Source of the DNA: an uncultured bacterium
GTDB taxonomy: Bacteria; UBP14; UBA6098; B30-G16
NCBI GenBank assembly: GCA_965552135.1
Contig: CBEVQY010000004.1
Span: forward strand, 32,566 to 96,565
DNA length: 64,000 nucleotides
Direction: 5' to 3'
Shown: piece by piece, positions 8,994 through 17,625 of the stretch
Position numbering within the stretch: the stretch's first letter is position 1
Layout of the letters: every line of letters begins with the position of its first letter
The notes under the pieces: model-generated
Told to the model about the DNA's origin: nothing
The model's database searches: none
The model's input: the letters and a program-made list of their open reading frames with translations, nothing else
Program-made: the position numbers and the translations under genes

Positions 8994-9938
8994 CTACAGT
9001 TCTGCCTCGCCAAACCTCGCCGCACCGCCCCTTATATATCCCCTTGCGAACTCCGACGCCGCCATAACCCTCCTTCCCTCAGGCTGGATGTGGGTTATAA
9101 GCACGGCGCCGCGACCGGTCCGAACGACTATCCCCTCGTCGCTTACGTCCACAACTGCTCCGGGCTCGCCATCCGCGCAGTCGGGGACAAGCTTCGAGCG
9201 CAAGAGCCTCACAACCTTGCCGTCGAAGGTTGCGATGGCTGCCGGTTTGGGCGAAAGCCCGCGTATCCTGTTGTGCACGCGCTCCGCGTCCCAGCCCCAG
9301 CGGATGATCCTGTGCTTCCGCACAATCCGCGGCGCGCGGTGACGAACGACCCCCTCCTGCGGGCGCGGAACAAGTTCGCCGGAGATGTATCCCAAAACGC
9401 TTTCGACAAGGAGCCTAGCGCCGGGTGCAGCTATACGCGAAAAAACCTCCCCGGCGGTCTCATCGGGACCGATCTCAAACTCCTCCTGCAGGAGCACGTC
9501 GCCAGCGTCGAGCTCCTCGGATATGACGAAGGTGGTAAGACCGCTTCTCCTGTACCCCAGCATTATAGCCCAGTTGACCGGCGCCGCGCCGCGAAGATCG
9601 GGAAGAAGGGAGGGGTGAAGATTTACTATGCCCTTCGGGAATATGCGCAGGAACTCGGGCGGGAGAATCCTGAACGACACCAAAACCGCCACCTCGAAGC
9701 CAAAGCTCGATATGAGCCTGTGTATCTCCGGATCACCTACGTCCGAGACCTCCACGATATCCGCCCCGAGGCGCATCGCCTCGACCTTGACGGGAGTGGG
9801 AGCGACTCTGTGCCCCCTGCCGGTGGGGAGATCAGGGTAGGTGACGACTACATCTATCCTCACCCTCTCGTCCTTCGCCATACGCCGCAGCACGTCCGCG
9901 GAGAAGTCGTCGGAGCCTATGTAGCAGAGCCGAACCAC
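8994..9938 (-). CDS. fmt: Methionyl-tRNA formyltransferase
   Basis: VVTYPD..GRG, NLHPSLLPDLRGAAPV, LDAGD, IRGLSPKP. Confidence 0.93.
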   Translation of the reverse strand: MVRLCYIGSDDFSADVLRRMAKDERVRIDVVVTYPDLPTGRGHRVAPTPVKVEAMRLGADIVEVSDVGDPEIHRLISSFGFEVAVLVSFRILPPEFLRIFPKGIVNLHPSLLPDLRGAAPVNWAIMLGYRRSGLTTFVISEELDAGDVLLQEEFEIGPDETAGEVFSRIAAPGARLLVESVLGYISGELVPRPQEGVVRHRAPRIVRKHRIIRWGWDAERVHNRIRGLSPKPAAIATFDGKVVRLLRSKLVPDCADGEPGAVVDVSDEGIVVRTGRGAVLITHIQPEGRRVMAASEFARGYIRGGAARFGEAEL

Positions 9939-10036
9939 AACGAAAAATATACGCCCTTGCCCCAGACGCTACAACCGAAAGGTTCTGCAACGTTGACAGC
10001 TGAAGACGACGGCTTATATTGCCTTGGAGGCTTTGT

Positions 10037-10525
10037 ATGCTCACGGTTTTGGGCATAGATCCCGGCACGCGCATTATGGGCTGGTGCGTGATAAGCGGCG
10101 ATAGCCGCCGCCAAAGCTTTGTCGACGGCGGTACCGTTCGAGTAGGTGGGGGGCAGCGACACTGCGTCGAGGCTGTGTTCCGGAGCATCAGCGGGCTTAT
10201 CCGCAGATTTGGACCTGAGATCGTGGCGCTTGAGAGCCCCTTTTACGGCAAGAACGCCAAAACGCTCATACGACTCGGCGAGGTGAGGGGAGCCGTTATC
10301 CTTGCCGCAACGACGGGCGGCGCAACGGTTGTCGACGTAAGTCCGTCCGAGGCGAAGCTTGCGCTCACAGGGGTCGGAAACGCCACAAAGGAGCAGGTGG
10401 CGTATATGGTCAGAACCCTGCTTTCGCTTGGCAGCGTGCTGCCCCCGGATGCATCGGATGCCGCAGCCGTCGCAATAGCTGCGCTGCGAAGAACGCAGCG
10501 TGAAAAAGGCTGTGAAAACCTGTAG
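10037..10525 (+). CDS. ruvC: Holliday junction resolvase RuvC
   Basis: VLGIDPG, LESPF, LGEVRG, GNATKEQV, DASDAAAVA. Confidence 0.93.
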   Translation: MLTVLGIDPGTRIMGWCVISGDSRRQSFVDGGTVRVGGGQRHCVEAVFRSISGLIRRFGPEIVALESPFYGKNAKTLIRLGEVRGAVILAATTGGATVVDVSPSEAKLALTGVGNATKEQVAYMVRTLLSLGSVLPPDASDAAAVAIAALRRTQREKGCENL

Positions 10526-10680
10526 ACGCGATGTTGATAAGCGTTGACGGAAGCGCAGGCTGTGGAAAAAGCGGAGGTGCTAAACAAAACTTCAACAAAG
10601 CCGCCAACACAAAACCAAAGAGAAATCAACGAGATAAAACGATATCAACCGAAATCAACCAAGCTATTATCACTACCAGA
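10511..10680. promoter_or_regulatory. Candidate replication origin (DnaA-box-like cluster plus trio-like tract)
   Basis: tgtggaaaa (=TTTTCCACA) 10561, tgttgataa (=TTATCAACA) 10532, tgtgaaaac 10511, atatcaacc 10642, aaatcaacc 10652, then CTA-TTA-TCA-CTA-CCA 10664-10678; gene orientation flips nearby. Confidence 0.5.
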
Positions 10681-10701
10681 GATTTACGCATAAAGGGAAA
10701 G

Positions 10702-11157
10702 ATGATAGCGTTAGTACAAAGGGTGAGGAGCGGCAAAGTTGAGGTAGAGGGCAAGGTCGTTGGCTGTGTGGGGAGGGGTTTTGTGGTTCTCGTTGGCGTC
10801 TGCAAGGGCGACGAGCCCTCCGACGCGATAAAGCTTGCCGATAAGATCGCCGGTCTGCGCATCTTCGAGGACGAAGCTGGCAAGATGAACCTTTCGCTCC
10901 TCGACGTCGGCGGGGGAGTTTTAGCGATATCCCAATTCACCCTCTGCGGCGACGTCACGAGGGGGAGGCGCCCATCCTTCGACAACGCCCTCCATCCCCA
11001 GAAAGCTAAGGAGCTTTTCGACGCGTTCGTGGAGCTCCTCAGGGCGAAGGGCATCCACACGGAAGCGGGCGTCTTCGGCGCCAGGATGCTCGTCACCATC
11101 GAAAACGACGGCCCCGTGACGATCTGGATAGACTCGAAGGCGAAGCGGAGGAAGTAG
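10702..11157 (+). CDS. dtd: D-aminoacyl-tRNA deacylase
   Basis: [31 protein letters not shown]; real start ATG 10702. Confidence 0.95.
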   Translation: MIALVQRVRSGKVEVEGKVVGCVGRGFVVLVGVCKGDEPSDAIKLADKIAGLRIFEDEAGKMNLSLLDVGGGVLAISQFTLCGDVTRGRRPSFDNALHPQKAKELFDAFVELLRAKGIHTEAGVFGARMLVTIENDGPVTIWIDSKAKRRK

Positions 11158-11236
11158 CGCCGCGCCAAATTTCCTTGAGCACCCGCCGGGTCGCCCTTAT
11201 TTTTGCCGAAAAGGAACCCTTTCGGGGAGGTACATC

Positions 11237-12919
11237 ATGGCGAGGGAGATACACGCGCCTAGGGGCAACAAGCTTTCGTGCAAGGGCTGGCACCAGGAAG
11301 CGGCGATGAGGATGCTTATGAACAACCTCGATCCCGAGGTCGCCGAGGACCCCGACAACCTCATAGTCTACGGCGGCACGGGCAAAACCGCACGCAACTG
11401 GGAGTGCTATGAAGCAATAATAAAGACGCTTAAGGAGCTTGAGAACGACGAGACGCTCCTTGTGCAGTCGGGCAAGCCCGTGGGCGTCTTCAAAACACAC
11501 GAGTGGGCGCCGAGGGTCATAATCGCCAACTCCAACCTCGTCCCCCACTGGGCAAACTGGGAGTACTTCAACGAGCTCGACCGCAAAGGTCTCATAATGT
11601 ACGGCCAGATGACCGCGGGAAGCTGGATATACATCGGCACGCAGGGGATACTGCAGGGGACGTACGAGACCTTTGCCGCCGCTGGTCGCAGCCGCTTCGG
11701 CACAGACGACCTCAGGGGGAAGCTTATCGTCTCCGGCGGTTGCGGCGGGATGTCCGGCGCACAGCCCCTCGCCGCTACAATGAACAACGCAACCTACCTC
11801 GCCGCCGAGGTCAACGCGGAAAGAATCAAAAAGCGCCTCCAGACGGGATACCTCGACGAGATGGAGGAAAACCTCGATGCAGCCATAGCAAAGGCGCTCG
11901 AGTACAAGGAGAAGGGGATAGCAAGGTCTATAGTTTGGCACGGCAACGTCGTTGATCTGCTGCAGGCGCTCGTGGATCGCGGCATAACGCCCGACCTCCT
12001 GACCGACCAGACCTCCGCGCACGATCCCTTAAACGGCTACGTTCCGCAGGGGCTCAGCTACGCCGAGGCGTTGGAGCTCCGCCAGCGCGACCCGAACGAG
12101 TACCTGCGCAGGTCCTACCAGACGATGGCGAAGCACGTACGCCTCATGGTGACGCTGCAGGAGCGCGGCGCAGAGACGTTCGACTACGGCAACAACCTCC
12201 GCGGAAACGCCCTCGCCGGCGGATTCGTGAAGGAGGAGGAGATCAAGAACCCCGACGGCAGCTGGAAGTACCCGGGCTTCGTTCCCGCGTACATCCGGCC
12301 GCTCTTCTGCGAGGGACAGGGACCCTTCCGCTGGGCAGCGCTCTCCGGCGACCCGGAGGACATCTACACCATAGACGAGGAGCTTATGAAGCTTTTCCCC
12401 GAGAAGAGCCATTTGCGCAGGTGGCTTATGCTTGCGCGCGAGCGGGTGAAGTTCCAAGGGCTTCCGGCGAGGATCTGCTGGCTCGGCTACGGCGAAAGGG
12501 ACAAGGCTGGGCTTTTGTTCAACAGGCTTGTGCGGGAGGGGAAGGTCAAGGCTCCCATCGTCATAGGTCGCGATCACCTTGACGGTGGCTCCGTCGCATC
12601 CCCCAACAGGGAGACAGAGGGGATGAAGGACGGCTCCGATGCCATCGCCGACTGGCCGCTACTCAACTTCGCCCTCAACGCCGTATCGGGGGCGTCGTGG
12701 GTGTCGTTCCATCACGGCGGTGGCGTCGGGATCGGATACTCCCTCCACGCCGGGCAGGTCATTGTCGCCGACGGAACGGAGATGATGGACAAGCGCCTCA
12801 AGCTCGTCCTCACAAACGACCCCGGCACCGCCATTGCCCGACACGCCGACGCGGGATACGAAAAAGCCATCGAGTTCGCAAAAGCCCACGGGGTAAAGAT
12901 ACCGATGCTGAATAAATAA
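11237..12919 (+). CDS. hutU: Urocanate hydratase
   Basis: [57 protein letters not shown]. Confidence 0.97.
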   Translation: MAREIHAPRGNKLSCKGWHQEAAMRMLMNNLDPEVAEDPDNLIVYGGTGKTARNWECYEAIIKTLKELENDETLLVQSGKPVGVFKTHEWAPRVIIANSNLVPHWANWEYFNELDRKGLIMYGQMTAGSWIYIGTQGILQGTYETFAAAGRSRFGTDDLRGKLIVSGGCGGMSGAQPLAATMNNATYLAAEVNAERIKKRLQTGYLDEMEENLDAAIAKALEYKEKGIARSIVWHGNVVDLLQALVDRGITPDLLTDQTSAHDPLNGYVPQGLSYAEALELRQRDPNEYLRRSYQTMAKHVRLMVTLQERGAETFDYGNNLRGNALAGGFVKEEEIKNPDGSWKYPGFVPAYIRPLFCEGQGPFRWAALSGDPEDIYTIDEELMKLFPEKSHLRRWLMLARERVKFQGLPARICWLGYGERDKAGLLFNRLVREGKVKAPIVIGRDHLDGGSVASPNRETEGMKDGSDAIADWPLLNFALNAVSGASWVSFHHGGGVGIGYSLHAGQVIVADGTEMMDKRLKLVLTNDPGTAIARHADAGYEKAIEFAKAHGVKIPMLNK

Positions 12920-12960
12920 CTAATAACCTACGGAGTGCCGGTGTCAGGGGAGGTATACAA

Positions 12961-15114
12961 ATGCAATGGGTTTTTCAATCGTTTACGGAAGAGAACATTG
13001 ATGATGTTGAATTCGGGAACATCACAGAGAGGGAAGCAGTTTTACAGCTTAAAAACGAATTGGAAAAAGATGACAGGATAGACCAAGATTACAGTTTTAT
13101 TGTGCCGAAATTTAGGTTAGAAAAGTCTGCCAGGTATGATTTAGAAACGGTATTGTTTCTCAGATTGAAAAAGACAAAATGGGACGACTCTGAAATCGAA
13201 AATTTGCTGTTTATAATAGAAGTTAAATCTCATTCAGAAGAAGACATACGTTTCGAGGAAAATAGTGTAAAAGTCAAATACCATTCATGTGGTTTGAAAC
13301 CTAATTGGAAAAATGCGTATAGACAAGCTCGAGAGAATATGTTTAGTTTGTTTACACAAATACAAGGAAAGTTAGCTGAAACCCAATTAGGCAGATGTAG
13401 GTGGGTTTACTACCTGCTCTTTTTCCCGAACATTTCTTTTGAACTTCTCCGTACAACTGAGGACTATAGGTACAGAAAAGGCGTTAAAGAAATGATAGAT
13501 AAATATATTCTTTGCGGTGACACTGTGAATCTGGAATATTTAGTGCAAAGAGCAGTCAATCAATGGATATCGGAACGGCGAAAGAAGAAAGCTGGATTTA
13601 TATATAGACAGCAGGATGGTTCTAAGAAGTTGGCTTCAATATATTTGAAAGATAAAAACAACTACTTTAAGTTACAAGAATTATTTCGTGATGAATATCT
13701 TAAGATGCGTTCATGTGACCGAAGGAAACTTGATAAGCTTACCCATCGTAAGATCAGCATAAATGAACATGTACAGAAACTGGAGGAAAATCGGTTTCTT
13801 GTTTTGAAGGGAGGTTCTGGGACCGGCAAATCTATAACATTACTGGAAATGGCGTTTGAGTATGCTAAAGCTGGTGAAAAAGTGTTGTTGACGACATACA
13901 ATATAGTCTTAGCGAATGATCTACGCAGACTGAAACGATTGTACTTTTCTCATGTGGATCCTGATCTTTTCATATCTGCTGACAAGAATATCGAAATAGC
14001 AAATATTGATCAATTAATTGCAGAATGGGCTAGATATGCTGCGGATTTTTTAGGAGTTGAGTCAGAGTTTCTGTGGGACGACACGGGGTTTTTGTTAGGA
14101 GGTGAACTTGATTACGAACAGAAATATGAGTCTCGGAAAGAAATAATAAACAGATTATGCCGAGAATTTAGCAATGATATTGAAGAGATTCGAAGCTTAT
14201 TAGGAGTCTTGTATGATTATATTTTTATAGATGAAGCTCAAGATTGGGACGATGGTGCTTTCAGAATTCTGAGAAAACTTGCTAAACAAAGTTGCAAATT
14301 TGTTCTTGTGGACAGCGAAGATCAACGGTTGCAGCCTCGAAGGCTGAGTTTTCTGGACTCAGGTGACTTTGAACCACATTATCATAGAACCGACTATAGG
14401 CATTTTAAAGGCATAGATTTTTTTGCCCGCAGCATTTTGGCCCCAAATTTGTCCTATGTGAGAAAAAATGAATATACTGTTCCAGGTCTTGGTGAGATAG
14501 ACATTGTCCCAGACAAAAATCTAGGTGCATCTGTGATAAAAAAGCTGCTATGGGAGCTTAAGAAAGATAAGGCAGATCCCTCTGATTTATTAATTATAGA
14601 ACCTGATTGTAAACGAATAAAAGAAGTAGACGGAGTTGATTTGATAGAGCTCATGGAGAATGAAGACATCTGTGTATGGAACGCTCACAAATACTCAGTT
14701 AAGAGGATGATGCGTTATATGAACGATGCTGTGCGAATTTTAGATTATGAGAGTAGTAGAGGACTTGAAGCTTGGATAGTTGTAATGAGGCTGGCGGACG
14801 TGGCATATGATCGTTCTTATGAAATGTTTTCGAATAACCTGAGAAACCAAGAGAACTTCGGTTATACGGAAGGGAAGATTGACCGGGAGTCTCGTTCAAG
14901 GGCCCGCAGATTGCTTTACATAGCTGCGTCGAGAGCCGTGAAGAAACTCATAGTCACTTATTCAGACAAGGATCATCCGATTATTAAAGAAATGTTTGAA
15001 ATAAGGGACCGGATTTTCGCACGTGATAACACTCAACCAGGTCAGATGACAGCTAAGAGCGCTCATGTCAGAAGAAGGAGAAAACGCTATGAACCTGACG
15101 ACCTGCCGTTTTAA
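12961..15114 (+). CDS. NERD/PD-(D/E)XK-like nuclease fused to SF1 (UvrD-like) helicase; AT-rich, putative defence gene
   Basis: IIEVKSH; Walker A GGSGTGKS; LTTYN; IFIDEAQD; RGLEA; LLYIAASRA; visibly lower GC than flanks. Confidence 0.8.
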   Translation: MQWVFQSFTEENIDDVEFGNITEREAVLQLKNELEKDDRIDQDYSFIVPKFRLEKSARYDLETVLFLRLKKTKWDDSEIENLLFIIEVKSHSEEDIRFEENSVKVKYHSCGLKPNWKNAYRQARENMFSLFTQIQGKLAETQLGRCRWVYYLLFFPNISFELLRTTEDYRYRKGVKEMIDKYILCGDTVNLEYLVQRAVNQWISERRKKKAGFIYRQQDGSKKLASIYLKDKNNYFKLQELFRDEYLKMRSCDRRKLDKLTHRKISINEHVQKLEENRFLVLKGGSGTGKSITLLEMAFEYAKAGEKVLLTTYNIVLANDLRRLKRLYFSHVDPDLFISADKNIEIANIDQLIAEWARYAADFLGVESEFLWDDTGFLLGGELDYEQKYESRKEIINRLCREFSNDIEEIRSLLGVLYDYIFIDEAQDWDDGAFRILRKLAKQSCKFVLVDSEDQRLQPRRLSFLDSGDFEPHYHRTDYRHFKGIDFFARSILAPNLSYVRKNEYTVPGLGEIDIVPDKNLGASVIKKLLWELKKDKADPSDLLIIEPDCKRIKEVDGVDLIELMENEDICVWNAHKYSVKRMMRYMNDAVRILDYESSRGLEAWIVVMRLADVAYDRSYEMFSNNLRNQENFGYTEGKIDRESRSRARRLLYIAASRAVKKLIVTYSDKDHPIIKEMFEIRDRIFARDNTQPGQMTAKSAHVRRRRKRYEPDDLPF

Positions 15115-15180
15115 TTTAGTCCTTAAATCGAGGTATCATTGCGTCCACATCGAGGGCCCAAGCGACGGAGGAGCGGAAGC

Positions 15181-15711
15181 ATGGATAAGAAGATCAGGGG
15201 CAGGGTCTGGGTGATTCGAGACGCGCAGGGGGCGCCCATCAACGACATCGACACCGACATGATCTACCACAACAAACACCTCGCCGTAACCGACATATCT
15301 GAGATGGGCAAGTACGCCTTCGGTAACCTCGAGGGCTGGGAGGATTTTCCGTCCAGGGCGAAGCCCGGTGATATCCTCGTGGTCGGCAAGAACTTTGGCG
15401 CCGGCTCGTCGAGGCAGCACGCCGTAGACTGCTTCATCGCCCTCGGCGTCCAAGCTATAGTTGGCGAAAGCTTCGGTGCCATATACTACCGCAACGCGAT
15501 AAACGCCGGTCTCCCCGTCTTCGTTGCTCCTGGCATCGCGTCGGCGCAGGTCGAGTCGGGCGACGTGATCGAGATCGACACGGAAAGCGGGCGAATCTAC
15601 AACGCCACAAAGGGCGTCGAGCTGCCGAGCGCTAAGCCGCTCTCCGAGGCTGAGAGGGAGATACTCGACGCCGGCGGACTCCTGAAATTAGCAAAACGGA
15701 TTAGAGAGTGA
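15181..15711 (+). CDS. leuD: 3-isopropylmalate dehydratase-family small subunit (LeuD/HacB type)
   Basis: DIDTDMI, GKNFGAGSSRQHA, SFGAIYYRNAINAGLP; SD GGAGG before ATG 15181. Confidence 0.88.
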   Translation: MDKKIRGRVWVIRDAQGAPINDIDTDMIYHNKHLAVTDISEMGKYAFGNLEGWEDFPSRAKPGDILVVGKNFGAGSSRQHAVDCFIALGVQAIVGESFGAIYYRNAINAGLPVFVAPGIASAQVESGDVIEIDTESGRIYNATKGVELPSAKPLSEAEREILDAGGLLKLAKRIRE

Positions 15712-15774
15712 GAACTGGAAACATTGCGTGGAGGACCGCCACCTTAATGCAAGCTAAGGAGGAGGTGGAAAAGT

Positions 15775-17565
15775 ATGGAATTAGAATGGTCGAAAAAGAA
15801 GTTGTTGGAGTTGGTAAAAAAGGCTTACGACGGGGAAGTAATGCTCCCGGATTTTCAAAGAAACTTTGTTTGGGCGCGAAATAATATAGAAGAACTTATA
15901 TGTTCTTTGTTGGAAAGAATGTTTATAGGTACATTTCTTATACAGCGGGTGAATCCGTCAAACGTTCCTTTCAAAGTGATCCCAATAGAGGGTGCGGATA
16001 AAATAAATAATGATTTTAAACAAAAGCCAGAAATTATAGTTCTGGATGGGCAACAGCGACTAACTTCGTTGTTTTACGCCTTGTACTCTCCAGATATTCC
16101 CCTAAGGAATACAACGAACCCATATGCATTTTTCATAGACTTACAAAAGTTGAGCACCGACAATGTCGAGGATGCTGTTTTCAGCTGGTCGAAGCAATGG
16201 AGAGAATACAAATCATTGCTAAGAAATGCTGGGGATTATGAATTAGCCGCATTGAAAGAAGAGAGATTATTACCACTAACCTTTTTGGCTAATGAATCTG
16301 ATTTTTGGAAGTTGTGGTATCGTGAATTTAGAAATTTATTTGATGAGGACGAAGCTCAGAAGATAGAAAATTATCTGAAAAATATTGTAGATTATCAGAT
16401 TTATGTATTAAGCATTCCATTGACGGAGAGGCCTGAAAATATAGCAATATTATTTGAGCGAATCAATCGGACAGGAATTAAATTATCAATATTTGATTTA
16501 TTGACGGCAAGACTGTACAAGTTTATCAATTTACGAACGGAATGGGAGAATGCGTTCAGTGAAAAACATTGGCTGAAGCAATTGGCATCCAATGATATAA
16601 AGAACACGAAAATTCCCTACTATATCATTCAAGGGATAGCGTTGAGTAAAGGGATGAGCATAAAGGCAAGAGATATAATAAAAATAGATTCAAAAACTTT
16701 AAATAAGGCAACATGGAAGGAAGCGGTAGAAATATTGGAAAACAAGATTCTAAGTAGATTATTTGATGTGTCCGAGTACGGAATCGCAGATCCCAAATGG
16801 CTCTCGTATCCTTCTATGATTTCGATATGGCTTGGACTATTCATCAAAGCAGAAAAGGGAGAGATCGACATTGATATCAACAAAATAAATAAGTGGTATT
16901 GGAGCGTAATCTTCACAGAAAGGTATTCTGGTTCTGTCGAAACTAAGCAGACTAAGGATTTTAAAGACTTAGTTGCTTGGCTGACAGATTCTGACAAACT
17001 TCCTGAGGCAGTAATAGATATGAAGAGTAAGCTAAAAACTATGACGATAGATACCAATTATGCTGGAAGCTCTATTTACAAAGGCGTTTTTAATCTGCTT
17101 TTCAGAAGAGGGGCATGGGATTTTTATGAGAAGGATAAAATTAAATTCTCAGCAAAAGATTTAGAAGATCATCATATTTTTCCAAGAGGCTTTTTAAAAA
17201 GCAAAAATGTGAGGGTTGAGTGGGATATTGTGCTCAACAGAACGCTCATTTTATCATCCACAAATAGGAAAATTCGTGGAAAAGCTCCAGCTAGATATAT
17301 TGCTGAGATGGTGAAAATACATGGAGGTGAAGAAGAAGTAAGGAGAATTTTGGAGAAGCATTTCATAGACGAGGAAATGTTTGAAATTTTAAAGAGTGTA
17401 AATGAAAGTTCGCCACCTGATGAAATAGAAGAAAAATTTGAACGGTTTATAGATTTGAGGGAAAACCTAATAAAAAGTGAAATACAAAAACTTGTAGAAG
17501 GTGACACGACGGCAACAGAACCCTCCGCAGCACTCAGCACCTTGCCCTTATGGAGCCGCTCTTAA
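15775..17565 (+). CDS. DUF262 + C-terminal HNH-like protein (GmrSD-like restriction/defence); AT-rich
   Basis: LPDFQRNFVW, VLDGQQRLTSL, FERINRTG.KL, LEDHHIFP...N.TL....N. Confidence 0.85.
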   Translation: MELEWSKKKLLELVKKAYDGEVMLPDFQRNFVWARNNIEELICSLLERMFIGTFLIQRVNPSNVPFKVIPIEGADKINNDFKQKPEIIVLDGQQRLTSLFYALYSPDIPLRNTTNPYAFFIDLQKLSTDNVEDAVFSWSKQWREYKSLLRNAGDYELAALKEERLLPLTFLANESDFWKLWYREFRNLFDEDEAQKIENYLKNIVDYQIYVLSIPLTERPENIAILFERINRTGIKLSIFDLLTARLYKFINLRTEWENAFSEKHWLKQLASNDIKNTKIPYYIIQGIALSKGMSIKARDIIKIDSKTLNKATWKEAVEILENKILSRLFDVSEYGIADPKWLSYPSMISIWLGLFIKAEKGEIDIDINKINKWYWSVIFTERYSGSVETKQTKDFKDLVAWLTDSDKLPEAVIDMKSKLKTMTIDTNYAGSSIYKGVFNLLFRRGAWDFYEKDKIKFSAKDLEDHHIFPRGFLKSKNVRVEWDIVLNRTLILSSTNRKIRGKAPARYIAEMVKIHGGEEEVRRILEKHFIDEEMFEILKSVNESSPPDEIEEKFERFIDLRENLIKSEIQKLVEGDTTATEPSAALSTLPLWSRS

Positions 17566-17625
17566 TAGCATAAATGAAACCGTTCGTTTCCTTCTCGTCT
17601 CTGCCTTCGTCGCGGTTTTGGTGGT

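Noticed and set aside
7606..10058. Long + strand ORFs (578 and 559 aa) and similar shadow ORFs elsewhere
   Set aside because: Antisense to clear genes (flippase, kdsD, fmt); expected in high-GC DNA
10531..10701. N-terminal extension of dtd with a P-loop-like DGSAGCGKS
   Set aside because: dtd homology starts at 10702, and the region is better explained as non-coding DnaA-box-like DNA
11206..11225. Regulatory hairpin at the hutU SD
   Set aside because: Only a ~6-bp stem that barely touches the SD; insufficient evidence
15137..15729. CATTGCGT 8-mer on both sides of leuD as a target-site duplication
   Set aside because: Too short to separate from chance, with no IRs or transposase
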